Source: Hydrolagus colliei
Taxonomy: Eukaryota
NCBI GenBank assembly: GCA_035084275.1
Contig: CM068757.1
Span: 3,038,001 to 3,102,000, forward strand
DNA: 64,000 nt
Reading direction: 5' to 3'
Each line of letters begins with the position of its first letter. Position 1 is the first letter of the stretch. This document shows positions 48,598 to 61,862 of the stretch, one piece after another. Position numbers and translations under genes: made by a program. Under the pieces are notes generated by a model. That model saw only the letters and a program-made list of their open reading frames with translations, searched no databases and had not been told where the DNA came from.

Positions 48598-51500
48598 AAC
48601 TGTGGGAGCAGTTTATAGTGATTACCGCCGAATGCATTGGCAGAGACTGCAAGTTGATGTCTTGCAGTACACTGACAAAGAAAAAACTATTTGATAAAGA
48701 AAATTAACATTGAATTATAAACCAACAAATGAGAAAAGGAGCTCAATAAGACAACAGAGAACAAAACATAATGGGATGTTGGAGCAAAAAGAGCATGAGA
48801 TTAGTTTCAAAGGGGAAGGAAATTAAGCAGGAAATAATAACACAACAAAAGGAAATCATCAGAAATGGGAGAAAAATGAGATTTGTGAAAAAAAATCAAT
48901 CGCCATGAAAAAATACATTATCAACTAAATCTCTTCTGACAAAACAGGCGACTGGAACAGAATAAGAATAGATTTACAACAAAGGATCTTTTTCTAATCT
49001 CATCTAAATTATATAATTACTTCGGAGTTGCCATACACAGATTTGAGAAAAAATGTGAGTTGGTACTAATTTGAAATTCAGATTAAAGCATAAATCAGTC
49101 TAACTTAGTTCCTGAGACCATTGATATCAGATCTAATACCACAATATTAATAAACAGCATTTGGCTGTTAAAGATAATGAAACAGATAAGTTTGACATGA
49201 ACCAAGCTGAACACATTTAAACCTGGCATTCCCCTCTCCGCGCATACATCTGCCCTGGTTTTTAGCAACATCAGACCTCAAGTCTGGAGCTTCATTGTGT
49301 GGAGTACAGGAATGAACAAGATCAAATACATTATATTAATGAAGTAGATAATCAGAAATAGATGACAAAGATACTTTGGTGAAACATTCGGATCAAAAGC
49401 ACAAACATATTTTTTCGTGCAGTTATTTTTAAACGCGCGATTGTCCAAACTAAGACCGAATTTAAGAATTTTCCATAATCCTGCGCGATGGAAGGATTCA
49501 CAATTGAGGAATCCTGGTTGAAATCGCCGTATTTTGAACCCTTTTCGTAAATTTTACATGAACATCCATCTCACATTGTTAAAAAAAAATTGGTCAAAAA
49601 ATATCCAACCTTTGACTTGATGAACACATTAGTGTACACAATTCACTGATCATCTCTCCAATGGTGGTGAGTTATTGCAATATTCTCAAGGGTGAAAGGT
49701 TCATTATTTATGACCGCCATAGATGTTGGCCAACGTTTTGTTTCCCTCACAAGTGCAAAACATGCCTAGAATTTACTGCGAGTGTTACTCTATTGATATG
49801 TGGATTGAAACACTGTCTTCAAACAACTTGCTGGAACCAACCTATTGCCATTAATAACTGCTAAGTACTATTTCTACATTTGTAATTCTCACTCATATTA
49901 GTACGTTGCTGTGAAGAACTAGGTAGCTCTTTGAACAGCGTGTGGTTTCTATTCAGATAATTGAACAAATTAATCAGGTTCATTCAGTCTATGAACATTG
50001 TGTAAAGGAGAAGGATATAAAAAACTAACTGTTGTAATTCTATAACCAAATGAATGCTTTGCATATCATTGACATCTTGACTGGAGTAAATTTCGGGACA
50101 AGGAGAAAGTAGGAGACACTTGCTCACCAAGATTGGCAGATTCATATAGGACAAGATAAATCACTCCAACATTCCTCCCGGGCAGTCAGTAACAAGAGAT
50201 TCCGATGCCAAGTACAGCACTGTTGAGGTTGAATTCTCCAGTCACACACCTCTTAAGGTTCTGAGCTGTCTTACAGACAAAAACATAAGAGATTAATTCT
50301 CCTAATTCTTTGGTTAGGAAAGTAATTACCGCAATCTTTCAGTTCTGATTTTGAAACATGTCAAGCAGCTTGCTATTTTTATATTTGATAAAGTTTAATA
50401 ATAATCCTTCCATTTAATATAGCACTTTTCACTTCAGAGGTATTGTCTCAAAGTGCTTTACTGTAGTGACTGTATTTTGTAGGTAAAAGGTCAGTGGTCT
50501 TTCTTGAGCTCCCGATATTGAACAAATTTCCATTGGTTTATGGGTTCAATTCTTACGGTTTCAACTTTACAGCAAGTTCCTTAGATTGAGATATCAACCT
50601 TCATTTGACTTCAATGATTTTTAATGACTGTTTTACTCACATCTATAAACATGCTTCTGGAAGAATAGTATTATCTATCCCATTTTACAATGGAGGCAAT
50701 GTTGATTTTATCTGCTATTGCTTTTCAATGCTTTTTACCCTTTCTATTCAATGTTGAGTATGGTCTGGGGATTGTCTATATAGCTTTTCCTTATTGTAAA
50801 GGACTTTTATGAATAACTCCTCCAGTGCATCATTGACACATTGCTTGCACAAACTGCGACTACTTTTTCTTTGAATCACATCATTTCAGTTATTCTTCTA
50901 CGGCAAAATGCCAACAAGAATGCAAAATTGCAATCCATCCATGTTTGTCTCTAAAATGTCATTCAAAGACTGACATGTAAATTGATTGACATACAAATAA
51001 TAAGGGCCAACCACAATGAATAAATTGAATAATTTATATCAAAATAATGCATAATCCTTGTATTTGATATAGTGTTGCTTCACTGGATATACTGTAAATT
51101 GACTCTGTTTTTTTTGTGGGGTGAAAATTGTTAAATATTAAATTGTATTGGCAGTAAGAACTACACTTTAACATGATCAAAAATGTTTGGCCTTACACGC
51201 AGGTTCACATTCTTATTTCCACCCCAGAGATCTCATTAAAACTTTACTGTTGTTCAGTTCAATCTGAAAACGCTATTCTCCTTTCCAGAATATACATGTA
51301 TTAATTAGCATACAAGTTTTTATTTTCCCCCAAACTGGCACTTGCCAGGCATTTCTTATCATACAAATCATGGCTTTGAGCAACCTTGGCACAAGCTTAG
51401 AAAACCCCACTCCTTTGAGCTAATATCAACTCCGACATCAATAAATTTCTGTGTCCATAAATATTATACTCCCACTGATAAATTTTGCTCAGCTCTCAAC

Positions 51501-52452
51501 CCAAGTCAACTCATTAATGATAACATAACTCACAGTCATATATAAGATGACAACAACATTTCTTACGCACCTACCTAAAACTTAAAATGCACTCCAGCAA
51601 CCCACAGTTTGCCTTACAAAATACACAATCACTATACTAACAGTAAATGCAAATAGGAATTTAATGAAAAAAAGAAACATGTCCTCCATACATAAAATGC
51701 GTTGTAGGAAGTGCAAGAATTATTATTTAATGCAGCCGCTGTCTGTTTAATAGTTACCCAAATGCAAATGTTTGTTTTGCCACTGGTGGAATCTGACAAC
51801 CAGTGGATTCCTTTGGTAATTAAATCTCTCTTATCGCAGCGAAATAACACATCCTGAGCGAGCTGATTGAGATGTATTCAAAATGCGAGACGTAAATTCA
51901 TTAGTAAAAAAGCGGAGTGGGCAGGAACCTATCAATGTTTAAAGAATCTCCTACTCAATATAGCTGATGGTGAGACACCAACATATTGGGAAAAAGATTG
52001 GAGGTTTCATGTAGTGGAATGAATGCAAAATATCTCCCAAAATTAGAACAACCCAACAAAGGAATTGAAATATTAAGCATTCCCACCCACACCCACCCAC
52101 CCCCCCAAAAAACAAACAGTTTCAACAATAAAATGTTGAAAACTCTGTGCCATTTGGGAGGAGCGGGGAAATAAAACGTTGGAATTTGTAGCGTTTTATA
52201 ACAAATTTAATGCGAATTGCAAAACAGAATGCTGGTAAGTGAGATGCTGAATGGAATATCAAATGCAACGATTATTATAATTCTAATAAACAGGATTTTG
52301 GTGTTGTATTGGTTTCAGACTTTTATTACTAGTAGGAAGTGATTTCATTATTATGTGATTGACAGGCTATTTATTTACAGATTACGGGACTGAGGCATTT
52401 GAATATATTCATTCTATAAATGGAGGCCGACCAAATGATAATATTAATGTTG

Positions 52453-52827
52453 ATAATCCTTGCATTTGATATAGGGCCTTATCACGTCACTCAGATATCA
52501 TAGAACCATAGAATCATAGAATTTTACAGCACAAAAGGAGGCCATTCGGCCCATCTAGTCTGTGTCGGCTCTTTGAAAAGAGCAACTCAATCCCACTGCC
52601 CAGCTCTCTCACCATAACCTAACAGACTCTTGTTCTCCCTAAATAAAGATCTAATTCTCTTTTAAAAGCTGTTATTGAATCAGCCTCCACCACCTTTTCA
52701 GGCAATGCATTCCAGATTCGAACAACCCGCTGAGTGAAAACATTTCTCCTCGGCTCATATCTCAAAGCACTCGACATGATATCGTGAATTATACAGTGGA
52801 TTGACTGTGCATTTTGTGAGTGAAACG
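52453..52827 (-). mobile_element. SINE 3' part interrupted by CR1
   Basis: Tail at 52453-52499; resumes at 52757 (atatctcaaagcac...ttgactgtgcattttgtgagtgaaacg). Confidence 0.8.
52500..52756 (-). mobile_element. Young CR1 3' end (same family as 46066-46630)
   Basis: FTQRVVRIWNALPEKVVEADSITAFKRELDLYLGRT; octamer tail; possible ATATC TSD (52495-99, 52757-61). Confidence 0.95.
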
Positions 52828-52904
52828 ATCTTAAATCAGAAGCCTGTTTGACTGTATTCAACCTTTACAACACAGATAATGATGAGTATTTGAAATACAA
52901 TAAT

Positions 52905-53240
52905 AATAGTCAGCAGGTCAGAGAGGTAGGAAGGGGCAAGGCCATGAATGGCCTTGAAAGTGTTGACGAGGATCTTGAATTTATTCCTCTGGGGGAATGA
53001 GGAGCCAATGGAGCTGGGTAAGGGTTGAAGTGATGGGGTCGCAGAGCTTAGTGCAGGAGAGGACACGAGCTGCAGAGTTCTGGATGATCTGCAGCTTGTG
53101 AACGGAAGGATGACGAGGAGAGAGTTTCCATAGTCAAGCCTTGATGTGATGAATGCATGGATGAGGGTTTCGGCAGCTTGAGGGGTGAGGCAGTGGCGGA
53201 GTCTGGCAATGTTACGGAGGTGGTAGAAGCCAGTGCTAGT
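52905..53240 (-). mobile_element. L2 LINE ORF2 fragment
   Basis: FYHLRNIARLRHCLTPQAAETLIHAFITSRLDYGNSLL...FKILVNTFKAIHGLAPSYLSDLL. Confidence 0.93.
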
Positions 53241-53365
53241 CAATTTTTTAAATTGTTTTATTTTTAGGGATTATTATTAGGCCTGTGGAGTAAGGAAACT
53301 TGCCCAATGTTTTGCCCTGACCTGCCGGGAACTGAACCCGGGTCTCTCTCTCTTGTAAGGCGAGT
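53241..53365 (-). mobile_element. SINE 5' part
   Basis: gggattattattaggcctgtggagtaaggaaacttgcccaa...gaacccgggtctctc. Confidence 0.85.
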
Positions 53366-54355
53366 CAGTTCCAACATCAACGTTTTTGGCCTGGTGAAAT
53401 CATGCAGGTAATAGCCTTCCAGATGCATTTAGCAAGATGCTTATTCAAGGATAGAACAACACTTGGAATTCTATTGTACGCTCCCTCATTCAAATTGAGT
53501 TCATTGTTTGACACCCATCTGTTCACCAAGAACCATCAATTGCACTCTTCTCCTATTCCCCTGCCTCGTGACATTGAGAAACAATCTGTTTTTGCCCACA
53601 CTTCCATTGCGAGGTAACGAATGCTAAAAATACGCAGCGGTTTAAGTCGAACAAGCGATAAATAGTTACCAGACTCCATCCCACAAGGCAAATCGCAGTT
53701 AATCCTCCTGTCACCGCTGCTCCCTCCCTCAGCTAACAGCGGCCACTTCATGTCCCCAGCCTATCTGCCTCACCATCGTTGGGTGAGCTTTCTTTCGAAT
53801 GTTCTCTGGAACTCCATCCCTGTTCCTCCAGCCCCCCCACTTCTGTGCTATTGGAAATCCAATTGTCACTGTTGACTTTGGCTGCGTGATCCCTGAGGAT
53901 GTTGGAACTGATTAAGAACCTTTTTAACCCCGGAGCCTTTATTCCAAGCTTTTATTTTTTAGCGCTTCAGGTTCAAACATTTTATGCTCCACGAACATTT
54001 AGGGTCCAGTACCGTTGCAGGAGAGTGCGAGCCATTGCCAGGCGACAGCGATTAGCATTCTCAGTCGAAGGTAACGAAATAAACATCTAAGTCAATAGAC
54101 CCAAGAGAGGGTGAGAGGTACCAACACTGCCTGCTACTTCTATTTCGTTTTGTTTCGTAACTATGGATGATAAGTGGGAAACGGTGAGAGGGAGTACATT
54201 TGTTTGATAGTGATAAGTGCCCTTGAAGCCCATTTAAATTAAGAGCTATGTATTCATCTGGTTGTATTACAATGCACTTGCAACTCCAAACAAAGTCCAT
54301 TTGTAGCAGTGTTGCTCTTTAAACCGCTATTAGCGCTATTAAAATGATAGCCACA

Positions 54356-54368
54356 GTTGCTTAGCAAC
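54356..54368. promoter_or_regulatory. RFX X-box palindrome
   Basis: GTTGCTTAGCAAC matches the X-box consensus GTTGCY-N(0-3)-RGYAAC; function untested. Confidence 0.45.
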
Positions 54369-55739
54369 AAAGTTCTTGTTAGAACACACTGAAGCTTTCG
54401 AGAACAGACATGCGCAGATATCTCGCGTGGAAAGTACAGTCGGTTGCCTCTGCTTCAAATAAAAATACAAAAATAAAAATCTCTTCCTTGTCTGGAGTAG
54501 CTTTCAGCATTGTAGACCAAGCATATATCTCTGTGTGTTTGCTAAAGGAGTAGGGATGGGAAAGATGATGGAAGGTGGGAAGAAAGCTGGATGAATAACA
54601 TATATACCGACTATATTTCTGCTGATAGAGATTGGTGACGCATGATGGAAGGTGTCAAAGCGATAAGCGCTCTGACAATGAAAAGTTTTAAATAAGACTG
54701 ACATGTGCAGATATTCTGTCAGTTCCAGAGAGCATAGTCAAGAACGTCTTTAAGTTTATCCAGCGAGGGTGGGGTGGATCAGGCAGGGGCATCAAATGCC
54801 TGCTGTTTGTTAGCTGAGCAGTGGGTATCATTTTACATGGTACATATAATCAGCCTAGGAAATTCAAGGAAACGCGTGTGATATTAACAACTGAGCAACT
54901 GTAAAATGATCAGCTTGTCAACAGACCACATGTGTATCAGTCAGCATGCCGACATCTGGAAAGCAAGTCTACAGAATTGTATTTTTAACGGGATTTGTAA
55001 GGGCTGCAATACAGAAAGTGTTAAGTAAATTTGTGGGGCGCACGTCAGATCGCATAAACCGCTACGAAAGTATTATTGCAAGATCATTGTAAAACAAATA
55101 GCAAATGGATTGACAATATGAGCTCAGCCTTAACTAATCATACTCGCCGATACATGCAAGAATATGCTTTTCACTCATTCTGCCTTTAGATAGAAAATCA
55201 ACAGTGCTGCAACAGATAAACTGGCAATTTGATTGTACTCACAATAGGGTTCCAGCCACAGACCCATACACTGTTTAACAATAAGGACTCTGATAACATT
55301 ACAAACACGTCTTTCCTTGCTCAAAGGATTAACTGGCCCCGAGAACAATTTTACACTGCAAAACTGCATTGTTTTAAAACTCCACAAAGTGACAGGAGTA
55401 TTGTCTGCTTCAGTGCACTTAAACGTGCCATACTCACCATTGATTCAAACTGCATTGCTGAAATAAATATTTAACAAGAACTTTCCTGCACTCTAGAATC
55501 CATAAAAAGCTCTTACATAAATCATTCCATAAGCATATCCTTCTTATCTTAAGTGTTTTGTCTCAGTGGCTCACCATTTTATATGTATAGGCTAGGAAAT
55601 GGTCTTTCAACCAAGTCATCAATCAACCCCTTCCAATAACCACATAAAGTCTACCCTACTATGGCCTTCATACACCTCATTGATCTTTCAGTTGAGGCTT
55701 TTTGGCTATATCAAAAGCTTGCTTATATTTATACAGCTT

Positions 55740-55990
55740 GTGCCTCTCAGTCTTTAAACACCTGGATTATATCCCTTCTCGATCTTTGCTCCAATGAGGA
55801 TATACAGTAGTAGGTTTTGCAAAGCTCAGCATTCCTACCGCTGGAAACCATTCTTCCTGCTCTTCTCTTAACTCTCCGCAATCCTTCAATGTTCTTATCA
55901 AAGTAGAGTGCCCACATTTGTTCGTAACATCCATTCCAAATGTGGCCACACTGCTGATCTACAACAAGATAGAATAATGTCTTCCACTTG
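55740..55990 (-). mobile_element. Old CR1 ORF2 fragment
   Basis: QMWALYFDKNIEGLRRVKRRAGRMV...SLEQRSRRDIIQVFK resembles the CR1 C-terminus. Confidence 0.75.
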
Positions 55991-56445
55991 TTTATCAACA
56001 AGCAGGAAACAACTCACTCATTTAAGTTTTGCTCAAATGGGGTCTAACTTATAATATCTATGCTTTCTCCAACCCCTTCAGCTGCAACTCCCAGCTCAGG
56101 TGCTCATTCAGCAATCTTAAGCGTTTTAAGACATGCTCCCAACACAAAGAGCACAGTACTGTAGGTAAAATTACTGTAAGATTCACACAAAGGATATAAA
56201 AAACATGAATGTTAGATGTGTCATGGCAGATCCTTAGGGACTCTTGTGGTACATCAACTTCACAAAGATAGAAACTGAGATTGGAAACTGAGAGCTGGGT
56301 CTATCGAACTCCACACATGTGGGATTTCTCAGTTACAAGAAATCTTATGTGTGTCTTGCAAACTAGATTCCTGTAATTATGCCTATGGCCATCCAGACTA
56401 AGATTAGTGCAAATTACAGTCACACGTACCAGCTGTAAATCTGAA

Positions 56446-56586
56446 CAAAAACGCAAAATACTGCAGGTGCTAGAAATCTGAAACTCAGCAGGTCAGACAG
56501 TATATTGGGAGGAAAGGACTCACTTTCCTTTCTCCATAGGTGCTGCTTGACTTGCTAAGTATTCCCAGCAATTTCTGTTTCAGTTT
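56446..56586. mobile_element. Short quasi-palindromic retroposon (Penelope pLTR-derived type) with 16-bp flanking direct repeat
   Basis: Arms ctcagcaggtcagacagta / tgctgcttgacttgctaag are complementary; flanks CAGCTGTAAATCTGAA (56430-45) and CAGCTGTAATTCTGAA (56587-602). Confidence 0.7.
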
Positions 56587-57139
56587 CAGCTGTAATTCTG
56601 AATTGGTTTGAAATTTCCCAATCAATTTATTTAGGGAATGTGCCAGCTTTCCTCCCAACATTTAGTGTACACTGAAACCCACATTCCTCTTGCGACAGAG
56701 CAGTATTCTATGAAAATGCTCAATCCTGTCTGAGATGATGAGATTCAGTTACCTTCCATCTTTAAATTACAAGGCAAGGACAGACACCTAATGACTGCTA
56801 TTGATGACAAATAAAGTTTAGCAATATATGGTAGGAATGAAACACAACCACAATTATTACACAATCATTGGTGAAGTAAAGTCAATGGAAGTTCATGTTT
56901 GGCTGCAGAAAATAATTCCAATCAATCTTTGGAGTTTTCAAATAAAGTGCATTCTGTTTATGGATTGCTGAAATAGTGAATGAAGTTCAGATTTGCCAGA
57001 AACTATTACATCTGGTTCAGCTAATACAATTAACAAGGAAAGTGTCCCACGCTGATAAACTTGCTCTGAAGACAAATGGTTTCTATTAAATTTCTCATTA
57101 CATTTACCAAGCATCTTAACATAACGATCCATTTGTCAC

Positions 57140-57679
57140 TGTTTTTACTTCTGATTTTTTCCACTTTATTATGCTACTTTAGCCTAGTTTGATGTTATGT
57201 TTATTTCCCGCGAGTCCTTTTCAATCCCTTTACAATTGCATCGGAACCACGAAAAGACACATAAAATAAGAAAGAGACAAATTAGGAGTTAAATAATGCA
57301 ACTGATACAAAGCTGAGCTGTTCAGAACAAAGCAGTTATGTACTTCCCTAAGTTTACGTGACTAGTCCTCTCCTGAGTATCTAGTTCTCCAGCCAATTGA
57401 ACTGTGAGATCATCCAAGGAGATCATATCACATAGATTATGGTAATGACTCCAGGCCATCTGTTACTTTAAAGTAATGCACATTTCAGATTACTAATATA
57501 TCGTGCCTTCAAAAACATCTTGCTTGTACAGTACACAATAATAAATTGCCAAGAATCAAACAGCACAGTGATGTTGTTGTGGTACTTTTGACCTCTTTTG
57601 CAATGCAGTGATCTTAATGTTGTTACTTCTGATTTCTTTCCACTTTATTGTACTACTTCAGCCTATTTTGATGTTATGT
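57140..57679 (+). repeat. ~60-bp dispersed direct repeat (57140-57200 and 57618-57679)
   Basis: ttacttctgattt.ttccactttatt...ctactt.agccta.tttgatgttatgt occurs twice. Confidence 0.9.
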
Positions 57680-60600
57680 ATTAGTCAGTCTCTTACCTCC
57701 TCTTCTTATCCATCATTAGAATCCTTTGATGTATCAGGATATACCCCAGCCTGGGGAATGAAACAATAAGACAGATGCACGTGGCAGTTTCCAAGAATAA
57801 AAACAATATCAGGGTTTGAATGCCCCTAGAATGGCTTGATTGCCTCTCTTGATCTATCTGCAGGACCATCCATCAGTAGTAATCCTGCAAGCAAGAGAGG
57901 AAAATCTATATCTTTAACAATGAACCAAGCACCGGGGCATGCTTGCAAATAGTTACTGTTACATTACACTGTAATTGTCAACACCTAATCAGTCACGCAC
58001 ATTCACATGCACATCTGGGAGCACAACCTCAGAATAAGAACAATTTTTATACCTTCATATAAAATCAAATGTGTGTTTTTGTTCTACTTAGTTATACAAA
58101 GGGCCAGATAACTGACAAGCAAGTGAAGGCATCACTTCTTGGCTGATAAGACGGCGAAAGCGATGACTTTATTCCGAGCAGAATTGCAGCCAGGTAATCT
58201 TTTCAGAAAAATAAGTTCTGTGAAAATCCTCGTATTTATGTGTTCTTTGACCTCTTAGTCACCTTCCTCCAGTAGCTCCAGCATCTCTCGACGTTCCTCA
58301 GGGCATTGACCTCTTTGCTCTGCTCTGCAGCATGCAACCGCTACCATAATTGTAGGTTTTTTCCAAGATAATATTAGGAAACCTGAAACAGATATCTTCT
58401 TGAACAGCACGACCGCTTCAAAATGCCAATGCTTCTCCTAATAAGCAAATGAGTTGAGACAAAGGCTTGATTGTGGGACAGGTGGTTGAGTCTGGACTTG
58501 ATGGAAAGATAATAAAAGGATACTCCTCAAGACGCAGAAGAACACTCAGAGATTGTCCAAAATGTACTCAGTGAGGAATCGATCTACAAGTTTGGATGAT
58601 TTGTGCGTCACTTATACAAGTGAGAATTGCAAACTAATACACATATTCATCCTTGTCAAAACTAAAGCATTTTAATTGGTGACTCGACCAAGAAATCGAC
58701 CAAGTGTATTTTTAGACTGAGCTGCTTAAAACGCACAGAGGAAAATATTCTCAACCTTTGGGCGGTTTTCCTAATTCTCTGCCATTTGTTCCCCCCACCC
58801 CCCACTACCGGTTGGTGAGCACATTTGTTATAGCCGAAGGATCATTTCACATTTGTCCATTCTGTGTCTGTGCCTGCCAGCACACATTTGATGGCTATCT
58901 ATCCTCCAGGTAGGAAATTAATCTTTCCGAATGGAGGCCTGTGTCATCAGCAAAAAAAAGAAAAATTCAACTTCTGATTCTAGGCACTAGGTCATTGACA
59001 AAGACGAGAAATGAAGTGGAGCCATGAACGTTTCCCAAGGGACTCTTGTATAGATATTGCATAGAAGATGAACCTTCATTTATCACAAACAGATAGTCAC
59101 ATCTACTGAATGATTCAGATATCCACTCAGATTGCTGGGCTATAAACAAATATCTCCTATCATGTGAAAACCCAAGGAAATCATAGCAAATCTCCAGTGT
59201 AGGAATCCGCAATCTGATCTTCGGTTTGGCTTCGGAGTATATCATTCACTTTTTCATGTGCAGTCTGTGATGTGCAGTCTGTGATGATTTCTTTTTATAG
59301 AACGTTTCGTGATTTCAATTCAGGAGAATCTCATCCACAACAGCTCATCCACAGATTCGAACTTGTTGACACAATATGATTTACATTTACGTACACCTGT
59401 CACATCATCAAGATGTCTCAAAGTGCTTTATGATAACAGTTAAGGATTGATTAAGTTGGATCTTAAAATCGGAAAAGAGAAGATCATGTTTACGTAACAA
59501 GCTTGAATAAGGAATCTTTAACACAGATGAACTAAAATAGACTTACTTGTTAAACCTAAACCACTTACTGGAATCTGATCAAAATAACGCAGATCATTTC
59601 AGATTCATCTCGTGTCACAAACAAAAACGGGTATTTGCTGCTAAAGATTTTTTCACACAACCTCTCATACGACAAAACAACAGTAGATTATCCAATATTG
59701 TAACCTGCTGATACCTGTTTTTGAAAGCAAAGTCCAATCATTTCTACTACGCATTACACAAGACCAATGAGATGATAATCACTGCGGGAAATACACCTCC
59801 AAGACTTTTCATAAAAAACATTTTAATTAAACAATGTGTTCAGCAATAGAATTGGAGGATTAGAAGCAGAGGACCGTGTACTACTGTGGCACTTGAACTA
59901 TATGATGTGAAGTAATAAAATGAAAACTTATTTTTAGCCCTTGCAAAGCAACAGATGGATCATCGAAGGAGACAACAAAACAGAGGTTGTCTCGTCCAAG
60001 AAAATTTGCAATGAACTTGCTAGAAAGGAAATGGCTGAAGCAGATTAGTTCATAACTCTGTGAGGTGCCCCAGGGCATCAAGTCCATATAGATAGTAAAA
60101 AAAAAGATTCTTACATCAGAACAGAGCTGCACATTGCCAGGAGGACAAATAAATATTTTATGCTGGATAATAAATGTGCTGAAATAACTGCATTACAAAC
60201 GGATTATGCTAACAAAATTCTGCCAATGTTACATTAACCAAAATATGCAAATAGCACACATTTCTCCCATTCTGATGAATATAATCTGCACTCGAGTTTG
60301 AAAACCTGACTTGATTTCAAAGAAGGTCACGAAAACAGTAGCTGCTGGCAATTCTTATATCAGTGACTACTTTTGCTTCAGCTTTTTACAAGTCCTTAAG
60401 TAAGAAGCACAGTGGTTCCCAATACCAGTGGTCATCTCAAGAGACGCATGATAAAACCATGGTCGATGCTACAAAAGCATGATAAAAACATGTGTTGCTT
60501 ATGACAATTTAAAGTATGATGAGCACAATGAGTTCCAGCAACCACTCTGTTTCCCTCGAGGGAAAATCTAACCGCAGCAAGGCCAAGAAAACAAAGTGGA

Positions 60601-61802
60601 GAAAACATTATCTGAATACCAGAATAACTTTGCAACCGTAACATCAAGATGAGAATTTCTCTGTGAGAATGAAAAATTGAATGATTTCAATAAGATTTGA
60701 TGTGATTCTTTAAAACCCCTGAATGTATAAGAATCCTGATCATCTCATGCTACTCTACAGAATGGATTAGTTGAGTTAAATGGCCTATATCAGTCCTTTA
60801 TTGATAAGATTTCTTCAGACACATGGGAACATGATATAGATTTTTTTAAATTGTATAATGCCGCTTATGCATTTGTAGGTACTAAATACATTCGAATAAC
60901 TTGAATGAGAAATCATTTGGAAGTTTTTTTTTTAGTTTTGCTCATACTGTTCAATTGAAATAGGAGGGAGAACTTTCCTCATTAAGATCATCACCGTCAT
61001 TAAGGAAGATAGAGACCAGTGAACCTGATTGATTCCCGCACAAGGGAAATGTTAGAATTTAGCCCACTCAGCAACTATGTTTTGTGCAGTTTAAAAAATG
61101 TGGAAAACCGATCAGGAGCAGGCCATGCAAAGTATTGAATCACCTAACATATGTAACGAGAACCCGATATGAAGCAGAGGTCATATAAGTCATTCATTAG
61201 CTGCTGCAGAGATGGAACAGAGACCCATGGACTGTTTCTAATGTTCTGAGTATTACAGTAACAGGATGATAACCCACAATGTTGTATCAGCAATGCACAA
61301 TGTGAGGGCCAAACAGTTTGGACACATGGAAAGACCTGATAAGACGTTGGCTACAGTACAAGAAACTTCAGTTCAGAGAGACCAAATAAATTGGAGCTTT
61401 ACTAAGAAATACTCTCTCAGCTTTTATATCTCAAGTGGGCTCCAACCTCTAAGGAAACGCCAATGCCATTTTTATAAATCCAGGGAATAAGTTGTAGTCA
61501 ACAATTACAAATTTTCTGCAATGGATCTTGAATTGTGCAGTGATCTATATCTGGGATGTTCATTGCTTTCTAGAACTGTCGCAATTCACAAGAGGCGTAG
61601 TTAATCCATTATCTGGCTGTGTGTCTCTCACCGGACAGAATCCTCAACTCATATTCAATGCTCTCAACCCAAAAACATCAAACTTTCTATGCAACCATTT
61701 CAGGTTAGGCTTGATATTCTACCATCACAGAGTGACTATAATCCACGTTTGTTTCAGTAAACTTCTCCAGTTGCAGTGGTACTTGAACAATAGCACAATC
61801 AG

Positions 61803-61862
61803 TAACAACTTTATTGATTTATGTAGCGCCCTCCACGCCGGACAGCGTCTCAGAACGCTTCA
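61803..61862 (-). mobile_element. Short L2 tail
   Basis: gatttatgtagcgccctccacgccggacagcgtctcagaacgcttca. Confidence 0.75.

Noticed and set aside
59257-59284. Small tandem duplications (also ~20006-20040, ~28937-28966)
   Set aside because: Ordinary replication-slippage duplications of 12-19 bp.
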